From: Candidatus Woesearchaeota archaeon
GTDB lineage: Archaea > Nanobdellota > Nanobdellia > Woesearchaeales > GW2011-AR4
DNA length: 64,000 bases
Direction: 5' to 3'
Assembly: GCA_016187465.1 (NCBI GenBank)
Contig: JACPJQ010000005.1
Location: 163,183-227,182 of the forward strand
The notes below the pieces were generated by a model. It had not been told where the DNA came from and searched no databases. It was given only the letters and a program-made list of their open reading frames with translations. Shown piece after piece: positions 46,100 to 55,331 of the stretch. The position numbers were made by a program, and so were the translations under genes. Within the stretch, counting starts at the first letter, position 1. Each line of letters begins with the position of its first letter.

Positions 46100-46278
46100 A
46101 TATAAGCGTTTCTGTTTAAGCCTGTTATTGATATTGATTGATTAAAAATTCCAATCACAGCAAGCTGTGGGGATTTTTAAGCCTCAAATTGAGTTGCTGA
46201 TATCGCAGCAAGCTGCGGAGTATGAACTCAATTTGAGCAATCAAAAATGTTATAAATACCAAAACCTGCCTGATTAAA

Positions 46279-47772
46279 ATGAAGCACGGAGTAAACTGGT
46301 TTGAGTGGAGCAAGGAATCTTTTGAAAAAGCTGAGAAGAGTGATAAACCTATCTTGCTTGATTTAACAGCGGTGTGGTGCCATTGGTGCCATGTAATGGA
46401 CTCTACATCCTATTCAAATTATGAAGTAATTGAGATAATCAACCAGGATTTCGTGCCAATTAAGGTATATATTGATAAAAGGCCAGATATAAGGGACAGG
46501 TACAACATGGGAGGCTTTCCTTCAACAGTTTTTCTGACGCCTGAAGGCGATATCATAGCGGGCGAAACTTTTGTGCCGCCCGAAAGGCTCAAGCTTCTGC
46601 TTGAAGCTGTTAAAAGTGGTTATAAAAATAAGAAATTGGAATTCAAAAAAAAGGTTATCGGTGTAAACGAAAATGTGCATAAGAGGGAAGATATTAAAAC
46701 AAAAGTAAATGAGGACATCGTCAAAAAAGTTCTGCTGTTGATGGAAGATAATTTTGATAATGCCTATGGCGGATTTGGCATACAGCCAAAATTTCCTGTT
46801 CCAGAAGTCATTGATTTGCTATTTCTTCAATATCTAAAAACCGCTAATGAAAGATATCTTGATATTGCATTAAAAACTCTCGATGGAATGCACGAAGGTT
46901 TATACGACAAAATAGACTTTGGATTTTTTCGCTACTCTGTCACGCAAGACTGGAAAATGCCGCATTATGAAAAAATGCTGGATACAAATGCTGGCTTGCT
47001 TAGAAACTATGCGACTGCATTCTATATAACAAAAAATGATAAATATAGAAGAGTAGCAAGTGAGATTATAAGTTACATAAATAATTCCTTATCTAATCAG
47101 AAAAAAGGCGGCTTTTACGGCTCACAGGATGCTGACGAGGAATTCTACAATTTAAAATTTGAAGAAAGGAAAACAAGAAAACAACCATATGTTGATAAAA
47201 CACTTTATGTTGATTGGAATGCAATGATGATATCTTCCTATATAAAATACGGAACAATATTGAATGACAGCAAAGCAATTGAATTTGCAATAAAAACAAT
47301 TGAGTTTATTTTAGAAAAATGCTATGATAAGGATAAAGGGTTGTGCCATTTTTTTGATGGAACGCCAAATGCAGACGGGTTACTGGCAGATAATATGTAT
47401 TTTTTAAACTCCTTGGTTGATGCATACTTTACAGCCAGGAGTAAAAAACATCTTGAGAGGATAAGAGAAATTGCAGAGTTTATTTTAAAAAATTTTTACG
47501 ATAATAAAAATCACGGTTTTTTTGATAGGATGTTAAAGAAAGAGGATGTTGGCATATTGAAGTACGGGAAAAAGGCATTTTTGGAAAATTCCTTTTGTGC
47601 GATTGTTTTTTTGAGGTTGTATTCTTTGACTAAGGAAGCTAAGCATAAGCAAGCTGCGGAAAGTACATTGTTATATTTTTTTGATAGTTATTTGAATTTC
47701 GGCTATTTTGCAGCTACGTATGCAGTTGCTGTGGACATGCTGGTAAACAATGGTATAAAGATTAAACCGTAA
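46279..47772 (+). CDS. Thioredoxin-domain protein of the DUF255/YyaL family
   Basis: 497 aa. KPILLDLTAVWCHWCHVMD (CxxC in a thioredoxin fold), followed by an alpha-toroid-like region. Confidence 0.85.
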   Translation: MKHGVNWFEWSKESFEKAEKSDKPILLDLTAVWCHWCHVMDSTSYSNYEVIEIINQDFVPIKVYIDKRPDIRDRYNMGGFPSTVFLTPEGDIIAGETFVPPERLKLLLEAVKSGYKNKKLEFKKKVIGVNENVHKREDIKTKVNEDIVKKVLLLMEDNFDNAYGGFGIQPKFPVPEVIDLLFLQYLKTANERYLDIALKTLDGMHEGLYDKIDFGFFRYSVTQDWKMPHYEKMLDTNAGLLRNYATAFYITKNDKYRRVASEIISYINNSLSNQKKGGFYGSQDADEEFYNLKFEERKTRKQPYVDKTLYVDWNAMMISSYIKYGTILNDSKAIEFAIKTIEFILEKCYDKDKGLCHFFDGTPNADGLLADNMYFLNSLVDAYFTARSKKHLERIREIAEFILKNFYDNKNHGFFDRMLKKEDVGILKYGKKAFLENSFCAIVFLRLYSLTKEAKHKQAAESTLLYFFDSYLNFGYFAATYAVAVDMLVNNGIKIKP

Positions 47773-47834
47773 GAAGTGCAGTAATTAATAAATTAGCCAA
47801 AAACTTAATAAATAGCTTCCAAATCACATTATGT

Positions 47835-49337
47835 ATGGGCAATTCAGCTATTTCTGTAAAGGCATTGAAAATTGAGTTAAGCAAAATCAAAGATAACGCT
47901 TTGCTGGTTGGCTTTTTCAAGGACAGATTAATCCTCAACGCGGAATTAAAAGGATTGGACAGGAAATTTGGAGGCATTATTGATTCGTGCATTAAGGATA
48001 ATAGTTTTAAGGGTGAAAGGGGGGAATTGAAGGGAATTTATACAGATAAGAGTATAAAAAACATTGTTTTAGTCGGATTGGGGGAGGAAGACAAGTACAG
48101 CCTTGAGGCTTTGTCAGCAATAATTGCAGATTCCTCAAAAAGATTGAGGGACAATGGAACTGAAAGCTTTAGTATTTTTATTGATTCTTTTAAGAATAGT
48201 AAATTTCAAGACAAAGAGCTGGTTGAAAAAATAACTTTAAGCATATTGACTGGATTGTACAAGTTTATAGAATACAAAACAAAAGACAAGGACAAAATAA
48301 AGTACATAAAGCAGGCAACATTGATAACAGGCTCTGGCAATGATTTTGAAAAAGAGATAAAATATGCATCTGTAGTTGCAGAAGCAGTGAACAAAACAAG
48401 AGATTTGATAAACACTCCGCCAAATGTCGCTACTCCAGAATATGTGGCACAATATGCAAAAGAGCTTGCCAGTAAAACAGGACTGAAATGCATAGTATTC
48501 GACGAAAACCAGATTAAAAAAATGAAGATGGGCTGCTTTATTGGGGTTGCAGGCGGAAGCGCCCTCAAGCCAAGGCTTGTCGTGCTTGAGTATTATGGAA
48601 CTGACAAAAAGCAGAAGCCTGTTGCAATAGTCGGCAAGGGCATAACTTTTGACAGCGGAGGCTTAAACCTTAAGCCCTATCCGTACATTCTGAATATGAA
48701 AGACGACAAAGGAGGGGCTGTTGCATCAATCCATATAATTGAAGCATGCGCAAGGCTGAAGCTGCCTGTTAATTTGATAGTCATAACTCCGCTTTGCGAG
48801 AATATGCCAAGCGGAACTTCCTACAGGCCTGATGATGTGCTGACAGCTTACAACGGCATGACTGTTGAAATAAAGAACACGGATGCAGAGGGAAGGATGG
48901 TCTTGTGCGATGCCCTTGCCTATGCTGCTGAAAAAAAGCCTCAGGCAGTAATAGACATTGCAACTTTGACAGGTGCAAGCCTGGTTGTTTTGGGCTATGT
49001 TGGCACCCCTTATGTATGTACTAATGAAGGATTAAGGAAAAAAATTAACAACTCTTCTGCAAAAAGCCTTGAAAAACTGTGGGAGATGCCGCTATGGCAG
49101 GAATATGAGGAAAGCCTGAAAAGCGATGTTGCTGATGTGAAGCACATTGGCGATGAAGGGGAAGCCGGAGTTATCACAGCCGCAATGTTCCTGAAATATT
49201 TTGTAGGCGAGATTCCATGGGCCCATATTGACATCGGCACAACAGTCTGGAGCAAGGTTGACAAAGGCATGCTTACGAAAGGCGCGACTGGGGCGACTGT
49301 AAGATTGATGATTGAAATGCTGAGGGAGTGGAAATAG
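47835..49337 (+). CDS. pepA: Leucyl aminopeptidase (M17)
   Basis: 500 aa. VGKGITFDSGGLNLKP and NTDAEGRMVLCDAL. Confidence 0.92.
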   Translation: MGNSAISVKALKIELSKIKDNALLVGFFKDRLILNAELKGLDRKFGGIIDSCIKDNSFKGERGELKGIYTDKSIKNIVLVGLGEEDKYSLEALSAIIADSSKRLRDNGTESFSIFIDSFKNSKFQDKELVEKITLSILTGLYKFIEYKTKDKDKIKYIKQATLITGSGNDFEKEIKYASVVAEAVNKTRDLINTPPNVATPEYVAQYAKELASKTGLKCIVFDENQIKKMKMGCFIGVAGGSALKPRLVVLEYYGTDKKQKPVAIVGKGITFDSGGLNLKPYPYILNMKDDKGGAVASIHIIEACARLKLPVNLIVITPLCENMPSGTSYRPDDVLTAYNGMTVEIKNTDAEGRMVLCDALAYAAEKKPQAVIDIATLTGASLVVLGYVGTPYVCTNEGLRKKINNSSAKSLEKLWEMPLWQEYEESLKSDVADVKHIGDEGEAGVITAAMFLKYFVGEIPWAHIDIGTTVWSKVDKGMLTKGATGATVRLMIEMLREWK

Positions 49338-49373
49338 GCATATTTTTAAAATCCATACAAATTCTAAACACTT

Positions 49374-50309
49374 ATGTACGATGTGATTATTATCGGGGCA
49401 GGCGCTGCCGGCATGACGGCTGCAATTTATACCTGTAGAAAGAAACTGAATACCCTTATTATAAGCATAGACGTAGGGGGCCAGACTAATCTTACCAGCC
49501 ACATTGAGAATTACCCCGGCACAGGCCCTATGCACGGTATCGAGCTTATGCGGAGATTTCAGGATGAAGCAATTGGCTTTGGAGCAGAGCTTGTGATGGG
49601 AAAAGCCAACAAGGTTGACAAAACAGAAAACGGGTTTAAAGTGGGATTGGCGAATAACGAAGCTTATGAATGCAAAGCCCTCATTCTTGCGTATGGCAAA
49701 GTCCCGAAAAGCCTTGGCATTGAAGGCGAGGAAAAATTCATGGGAAGGGGCGTGAGCACTTGCGTGACTTGTGATTTGCCTCTATTCAAAAATAGAGATG
49801 TTGCGGTGATTGGTGGAGGTAACTCTGCTGTTGAAGGTGCCTTAGAGTCAGCAACCATAGCAAAAAAAGTTTATTTGATCCATAGAAGAGAAACTTTCAG
49901 GGCTGACGAGATAACAGTTGAAAAGCTGAAAAACAGCCCAAATGTAGAGCTTGTGCTTAACAGTATACCTGCTAAAGTGATTGGTGACAAAAATGTTGAT
50001 GGGATTGCAGTTGAAAATGTAGTGACAAAAGAAAAAAAGGAGCTGAAGGTTGATGGCGTGTTTATAGAGATTGGATATGTTGTTGACACCTCATTCGTCC
50101 AGCATCTTGTAAAGGTGAATGAAAAAAAGGAGATAATTGTTGATGAAAGGGGCAACACTTCATGCCCCGGAATTTTTTCATGCGGCGACATAACTCCTGT
50201 TCCGTTCAAGCAAACCGTGATAGCAGCAGGAGATGGCGCAAAAGCAGCGCTGGAATGCTACAAATGGCTTACCGGCGGAAAAGGAGCTGTATTGGACTGG
50301 ACTCATTAA
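49374..50309 (+). CDS. trxB: Thioredoxin reductase
   Basis: 311 aa. YDVIIIGAGAAGMTAAIY, redox-active CVTCD, VIGGGNSAVEGA. Confidence 0.92.
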   Translation: MYDVIIIGAGAAGMTAAIYTCRKKLNTLIISIDVGGQTNLTSHIENYPGTGPMHGIELMRRFQDEAIGFGAELVMGKANKVDKTENGFKVGLANNEAYECKALILAYGKVPKSLGIEGEEKFMGRGVSTCVTCDLPLFKNRDVAVIGGGNSAVEGALESATIAKKVYLIHRRETFRADEITVEKLKNSPNVELVLNSIPAKVIGDKNVDGIAVENVVTKEKKELKVDGVFIEIGYVVDTSFVQHLVKVNEKKEIIVDERGNTSCPGIFSCGDITPVPFKQTVIAAGDGAKAALECYKWLTGGKGAVLDWTH

Positions 50310-50310
50310 A

Positions 50311-51039
50311 ATGCCCCAAAACCAGCAAATCCAAGAGCGCATTCTAAAAATATTAAAAATAACAGATGAAACGCCGTTAGTCAAATCGTTTAGGGTGGAG
50401 TTGCCAAAAGAAGTCAACATAAATTTCTATCCTGGCCAGTTCTTTATGGTCTCCTTTGTTGATGATTCTGAAATAAGAACAGCCAGAGCATATTCGATTG
50501 CATCATCGCCATTAAACAAAAACTATTTGGAAATTGCCTTGAATAAAGTCGGTCCGTTCACGACAAAACTGTTTGGCATGAAAGAAGGTGATCTTTTGAA
50601 ATTCAAAGGGCCTTATGGAAAATTCTATTTTAGTGAAGAAATTAAAAATAACTTGGTTTTGATTGCAGGCGGCACAGGCATAACTCCCCTTATGGGGATC
50701 ATGAGATATTGCAATGATGCAAATTTAAGCAACAGAATCAAATTGATTTACAGCGTCAAAACTCCACATGATATAATTTACAGGGACGAATTGAAGAAAA
50801 TAAAAAATGAAAATAAGAATTTTAACTATGTGGTTACTATAACAAGATCAAATGCGGAGCACAGTTGGAAAGGTAAAATAGGAAGAATCAACTTGGATCT
50901 ATTAAAAGAAAATATGGAAGATGTTAAGAATAGCCTTTGTTATCTATGCGGCTCCAAAGAATTCGTGCACAGCATTATAGAAATGCTTGAGAGTTTCGGT
51001 ATTAAGAAAGAGCAGATCAAGACGGATATTTGGGGATAA
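50311..51039 (+). CDS. FNR-like FAD/NAD(P)-binding oxidoreductase
   Basis: RAYSIASSP (RxYS FAD motif) and LIAGGTGITPLMGIMRY. I chose the ATG at 50311 (MPQNQQIQ), 2 nt after the trxB stop, over the overlapping track start at 50233. Confidence 0.8.
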   Translation: MPQNQQIQERILKILKITDETPLVKSFRVELPKEVNINFYPGQFFMVSFVDDSEIRTARAYSIASSPLNKNYLEIALNKVGPFTTKLFGMKEGDLLKFKGPYGKFYFSEEIKNNLVLIAGGTGITPLMGIMRYCNDANLSNRIKLIYSVKTPHDIIYRDELKKIKNENKNFNYVVTITRSNAEHSWKGKIGRINLDLLKENMEDVKNSLCYLCGSKEFVHSIIEMLESFGIKKEQIKTDIWG

Positions 51040-51096
51040 AAATAGAAAAGTTTAAATATAATACTTCATATAACTTTATTATATAGGTGATATAAC

Positions 51097-51300
51097 ATGG
51101 AAGTATTGACAAAATTAAGGAAGGTAGGTGGATCTGTTATGGCTCGTATCCCAAAAGAGGTGTTGGAGCATGAGTCTTTGCATCCGGGGGAAACTGTTAA
51201 AATAGAAGTAAAAAAAGTGAAAATAAGCGGATTTGGCATATTTAAGGGTATGAGGTCCTTTACAAAAAAAGATGAGTTTAAGGGACAGCTTGAAGAATGA
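51097..51300 (+). CDS. vapB: AbrB/SpoVT-type antitoxin (VapB-like)
   Basis: 67 aa. LRKVGGSVMARIPKEVLEHESLHPGETVKIEV. 4-nt overlap with the PIN gene. Confidence 0.78.
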   Translation: MEVLTKLRKVGGSVMARIPKEVLEHESLHPGETVKIEVKKVKISGFGIFKGMRSFTKKDEFKGQLEE

Positions 51301-51680
51301 AGTACGTTATCGACGCTTATGCTTGGGTAGAATATTTTATCGAAAGTGATAAAGGAAAAAGAGTTAAAGAGATTGTAGAATATGAGGAAAATGAAATTTT
51401 TACTTCTTTAATAACAATTGCAGAAGTTAGCAGTATAGGAACACGAGAAAAAAGAGATGTAGAGCTTGGAAATAAAACCATAACAAATTTATCAAATATT
51501 TACGGAATTAGCATGGAATTTGCAAAAGAAGCTGGAATTTTGCATGCAGAGATAAGAAAAAAAATTAAGGATTTTGGGTTAGCTGACACATTTGTTTTGA
51601 TTACAGCACGTAAATTGGACGCAAAGATTGTTACTGGCGATCCGCATTTTAAAGGGTTTAAAGATGCTATATTAATTTAA
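51297..51680 (+). CDS. vapC: PIN-domain nuclease (VapC)
   Basis: 127 aa. MKYVIDAYAWVEYF, SLITIAEV, GLADTFVLITA, IVTGDPHF. Confidence 0.82.
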   Translation: MKYVIDAYAWVEYFIESDKGKRVKEIVEYEENEIFTSLITIAEVSSIGTREKRDVELGNKTITNLSNIYGISMEFAKEAGILHAEIRKKIKDFGLADTFVLITARKLDAKIVTGDPHFKGFKDAILI

Positions 51681-51858
51681 GCTGGTTTTGGTTGATAGAT
51701 TGGGTGTTTAAATTCTACAAAATTTTGGGTAAATTTTAAATAGTACACACATAATAAAAATACATAAACTACATTTTGAGGTTATTTCATCATTAGGCAG
51801 AAGGATTAGGGTAACAAAAGGATATTGGAATAAGATTATAGAAACAAAGCATGGGATA

Positions 51859-52071
51859 ATGAAAGGCAGGGAAGATCTGGTTAAGGAAACATTAGTAAAT
51901 CCAAATCAAATAAGAAGGAGCAGAAAAGATTCAAATGTTTATTTGCATTATAAACGTGTTAATGGAAAATATAATTGTGTTGTAGCAAAACATTTAAATG
52001 GCGAAGGTTTTATAATTACGACTTATATAACAGATAGGATTAAGGCGGGTGAAGCATATGAAACCAATTAA
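51859..52071 (+). CDS. Second copy of the DUF2283-associated putative toxin; canonical-start version is N-terminally short
   Basis: 70 aa from the first ATG. Homology to the 101-aa paralog continues about 25 codons upstream (GRRIRVTKGYWNKIIETKHGI), where no ATG/GTG/TTG exists. Confidence 0.5.
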   Translation: MKGREDLVKETLVNPNQIRRSRKDSNVYLHYKRVNGKYNCVVAKHLNGEGFIITTYITDRIKAGEAYETN

Positions 52072-52279
52072 GATTTTTTTTGACAAAACAGGGAACACTT
52101 TAAATGTATGGTTTGACGACCCTTCGAAAGAAGCTGTATCTGAAGAAACGTCCGAAGAAGTAATTTTAGTTAAAGACAAGAAAGGCAAAGTTATAGGATT
52201 TGAAGTTCTTAATTACCTGTCATCGACTGATTTGAAAGACTTAAAAAAATTGCCTGTGGAGACGGAGATTTTAGCATGA
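52058..52279 (+). CDS. DUF2283 (YuzE-like) small protein, putative antitoxin
   Basis: MKPIKIFFDKTGNTLNVWFDD....KGKVIGFEVLNY. The track uses GTG 52049; ATG 52058 is more likely. Confidence 0.7.
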   Translation: MKPIKIFFDKTGNTLNVWFDDPSKEAVSEETSEEVILVKDKKGKVIGFEVLNYLSSTDLKDLKKLPVETEILA

Positions 52280-52294
52280 TTTTGCGGTGTTTAA

Positions 52295-53179
52295 CTAAGC
52301 TGGATTTGGTTGTGATGTTGGAGTCACTGCTGTAGCTGTCTTTCTGAACCAGCCACCAACCGCAGAGCCTAAATCATATATCGCAGTTGAAACCTTATTA
52401 TAAACCTTGCCTGCATAACTTGAAATGCCGCTGGTGATGTAAAGCGGATTTGCAAATTTAGGAATGTAAGTTAGAGGATTAAGTAATTTTGCATAGTTCA
52501 AGTTTTCTTTTGATAAGAATATTCTATACAATACGTTTGCCACCCCAATTGCAGGGAACAGGTATGGAGCTAAATATGGCAATGCATATGTTGCACCGAC
52601 TGCCGTAGACAACATTGCAGCTAAGGGTATTGTCCTCATTAAGCCCTTCAAATAATTTTTTTTGAAATCCTCGCCAATGCCCTTAAAGGTTTTATTCTTA
52701 ATTAGGTAATCTATTGGATAATAAAGCGCTGTTATTGCCGGGGATAAAGCGCCAAGGAACAAGCCTCCGACAATAAAGGGGCTTACTGGAACAGAATAGC
52801 CGAGAATGTTTGCAACAACATTTTCCAAGCCCAGTGCCTTTGGAAGCTGTTTGGCTGCTTCAACTCCAAGCAAAATCGGCGGTGTTATTAATGCGCCAAC
52901 TATTGACTCATCTCTGAAATGCCTGCTTGTAAATTGTTTTTTTGATTCATCTTTCTCAGCCATCAGCCTTTTTTCTATCATTCCGCCGTATGGAAATGAT
53001 AAAGCAGTGATGAAGCCGTCCAATCCAAACAAAGCAGCAAAAGCGCCTATTGCAGCAGTGCCTATTGCTGAGTTTATCAAACCCCTGCTCGCTTGATTAG
53101 TTTCTGTAATTACACTATCTAATGTAGTCTTCTCTCTCTCCTTTTCTTGAGGTTTCTGCTCTTCTAGATTATCTGCCAT
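52295..53179 (-). CDS. Polytopic membrane protein (294 aa), paralog of 53314-54183
   Basis: Acidic N-terminus, then Gly/Ala-rich hydrophobic segments. It shares the block YP.DYLIKN.TFKG.G...K.NY with its neighbour. Confidence 0.75.
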   Translation of the reverse strand: MADNLEEQKPQEKEREKTTLDSVITETNQASRGLINSAIGTAAIGAFAALFGLDGFITALSFPYGGMIEKRLMAEKDESKKQFTSRHFRDESIVGALITPPILLGVEAAKQLPKALGLENVVANILGYSVPVSPFIVGGLFLGALSPAITALYYPIDYLIKNKTFKGIGEDFKKNYLKGLMRTIPLAAMLSTAVGATYALPYLAPYLFPAIGVANVLYRIFLSKENLNYAKLLNPLTYIPKFANPLYITSGISSYAGKVYNKVSTAIYDLGSAVGGWFRKTATAVTPTSQPNPA

Positions 53180-53312
53180 TTTCTTCCTCTAACAATTTTT
53201 TAACAGCATATTCAACAAAATGACTTTTATTCCTGAATTTCCCGCTTCCAATAGTCTTCAGAATATCCAAGACTGATTCTTCGTCCATTGTGATGCTAAG
53301 TTTGTGCTTCAT
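53169..53312 (-). CDS. Ribbon-helix-helix small protein (47 aa), copy 1
   Basis: Below the track cut-off. My translation is MKHKLSITMDEESVLDILKTIGSGKFRNKSHFVEYAVKKLLEEENGR*. Its stop overlaps the ATG of the 294-aa gene. Confidence 0.6.
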   Translation of the reverse strand: MKHKLSITMDEESVLDILKTIGSGKFRNKSHFVEYAVKKLLEEENGR

Positions 53313-53313
53313 T

Positions 53314-54183
53314 TTAACGCGCTCCTTGCGCCGCTGCCTGTGCGTTTGTTGGAGTTTCAGTTTTTGTCGGCGCTGATTTGTAGAAACCGCTGCCTATTTC
53401 GTAGAGTGCTTTTAATGGATTGTAAACTAATTTGTTGACCGCTTCATAAGCGAGCCTTCCAGCTACTCTGGGCGCTGCAACATAGTAAGGAGTCTTGTCT
53501 CTTTTCTCATCTTCCTGTAACTCACCTTTTTTAGGGGCTCCAAATAAATCAAACAAATAGGTTAATCCTGCTGCTATCGGAACATTCAAAATCGTAGGTG
53601 CGAAAAATACATTTAATAGACTGATTGGTAAAAGATAAGTCCATGCTTTCTTTAAAGTAGGCCAATAATTTTCCTTTATGTATTTTCCAAGACCCTTAAA
53701 AGTTCTGTTTTTTATTAGATAATCCGCGGCTTGATAGAATCCTACATAGGCTGGATAAGCAAAACCGCCCCACACCGCAGCTTTGCCCAAATAACCTAGA
53801 GCACTATCCAACGGAACTTTATGAGCGAGCTTGAACATATAATGAAGAGGTGCTGCAAGTGCCGTACCCATAATAGCTGACTCTAAAACATTTCCAGCCA
53901 TATACTTCTTACTCTTCTTAAGATTAATTGTGGCATCAGCTGCAACTTGGGCTCCTGCCATGATTGCTGTGTCTCTTGCTAAGATTGGATTCCCAAATGA
54001 TTGGGCGGTTAATGCCTGAGCTGTTGGAATTCCTACAGCCAAGCCAAGTTTTATCAAATTCCCAGCTGCATGAATTGTTTCATTCACCACACTCTCCAAA
54101 GCCCCAACTGGCTTTTTCTCTTCCTTTTTCTCTTCATGCGGAGCAGTCTTTGCCGCCTGCTCTAAAGGTGAAGCTTCAGCCAT
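53314..54183 (-). CDS. Polytopic membrane protein (289 aa from ATG 54183), paralog of 52295-53179
   Basis: MAEASPLEQAAKTAPHEEKKEEKK, then Gly/Ala-rich hydrophobic segments, with DYLIKNRTFKGLGKYIKENYWP. The track start at 54195 is a TTG. Confidence 0.75.
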   Translation of the reverse strand: MAEASPLEQAAKTAPHEEKKEEKKPVGALESVVNETIHAAGNLIKLGLAVGIPTAQALTAQSFGNPILARDTAIMAGAQVAADATINLKKSKKYMAGNVLESAIMGTALAAPLHYMFKLAHKVPLDSALGYLGKAAVWGGFAYPAYVGFYQAADYLIKNRTFKGLGKYIKENYWPTLKKAWTYLLPISLLNVFFAPTILNVPIAAGLTYLFDLFGAPKKGELQEDEKRDKTPYYVAAPRVAGRLAYEAVNKLVYNPLKALYEIGSGFYKSAPTKTETPTNAQAAAQGAR

Positions 54184-54316
54184 CTTGCTCCTCAAGGAGT
54201 TTCTTGACAGCGTACTCTACGACATGGCTTTTGTTGCGAAACTTGCCGCTAGAAAGAGCTCTCATTATTTCGTGCACTAAGTTTTCGTCTAGAGTCACAC
54301 TTAATTTGTGCTTCAT
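54176..54316 (-). CDS. Ribbon-helix-helix small protein (46 aa), copy 2
   Basis: My translation is MKHKLSVTLDENLVHEIMRALSSGKFRNKSHVVEYAVKKLLEEQDG*. Its stop overlaps the downstream ATG (ATGGCTGA). Confidence 0.6.
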   Translation of the reverse strand: MKHKLSVTLDENLVHEIMRALSSGKFRNKSHVVEYAVKKLLEEQDG

Positions 54317-54481
54317 TTACATTGCCCCAACGCGTTGTTTTATGAGTACTACTTAGTAGTATTTTATACTCCAGTATATAAAGCTTTCCATTTGTAATTA
54401 TTTTAAAGTGGTAACATGAAAGAGAAAGATTTAAATATAAGTGATGATAATAGATTACTATTACATGTAATGTGATGATAA

Positions 54482-55003
54482 ATGATTATTTCAAACAGCT
54501 CGCCGCTAATACTTTTGGCAAAGATAAACAAGCTGAATTTGCTGGAAAAGATGTATAATAAGATAGCAATACCCTACGAGGTTTATAACGAGGTTGTTAT
54601 TAAAGGAAAAAATGAAAATTATAGCGATGCTGCGCTTGTTGAAAAGGATATAAATGAATTTATTTTTGTTAAAGACTTGAATTCAGAAAGTAAGAAGGAG
54701 GCTGAAAAATTAAAGAAAATTTTAGGCTCAGGCGAAAGCGAAGCCATTGCATTATGTGTGCAGGAAAAAGCCAGGTTGCTGCTTATAGATAACTTGGAGC
54801 CTAGAAAAATTGCGCAGATAAAGTCTATAAAATGCAGAAGCACTCCGGGAATATTGCTTGAAGCCCTCAAGAATAAAACAACAACATTCAGCGAATATGA
54901 ATCAGCAATCAAGGAATTGTCAAAATACGCATGGCTGTCTGGCGACATAGTTGCGCATTTTTTAGATGCGGGTTATAAAATCAAGCAAGGTGAAATAAAA
55001 TGA
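54482..55003 (+). CDS. PIN-like DUF3368 protein (toxin candidate)
   Basis: 173 aa. IISNSSPLILLAKINKLNLLEKMYNKIAIPYEVYNEV and GSGESEAIAL are typical of DUF3368. Confidence 0.72.
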   Translation: MIISNSSPLILLAKINKLNLLEKMYNKIAIPYEVYNEVVIKGKNENYSDAALVEKDINEFIFVKDLNSESKKEAEKLKKILGSGESEAIALCVQEKARLLLIDNLEPRKIAQIKSIKCRSTPGILLEALKNKTTTFSEYESAIKELSKYAWLSGDIVAHFLDAGYKIKQGEIK

Positions 55004-55305
55004 AATTGGGTAGAGTAAGTATAACAGTTCCGAGGGAGATATTGGAAAAATCTGATAGGATTGCACAAGAAAAGCTGGAAGACAGGTCAACTGTGATGAG
55101 GGAACTATTGGCTTTAGGGCTGGAGCGTTACATGACACAAGAGGCTTTGAAGCAATACAGTGAAGGTAAGATTTCGATGGAGAAGGCTTCGGAAATGGCT
55201 AACGTGTCTATCTGGAAATTTTTGGATGTGCTTAAGGAAAGAAAAATCCCCATAAGATACGACTTGGAGGACATAAAAAAGGAAATAGGGGAGATTATTG
55301 GATAA
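55000..55305 (+). CDS. UPF0175-family antitoxin with N-terminal RHH-like segment
   Basis: 101 aa. GKISMEKASEMANVSIWKFLDVLKERKIPIRY is the UPF0175 signature. 4-nt overlap with the DUF3368 gene. Confidence 0.75.
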   Translation: MKLGRVSITVPREILEKSDRIAQEKLEDRSTVMRELLALGLERYMTQEALKQYSEGKISMEKASEMANVSIWKFLDVLKERKIPIRYDLEDIKKEIGEIIG

Positions 55306-55331
55306 AAAAGAAATGCAAAAGGTAGAACAAC

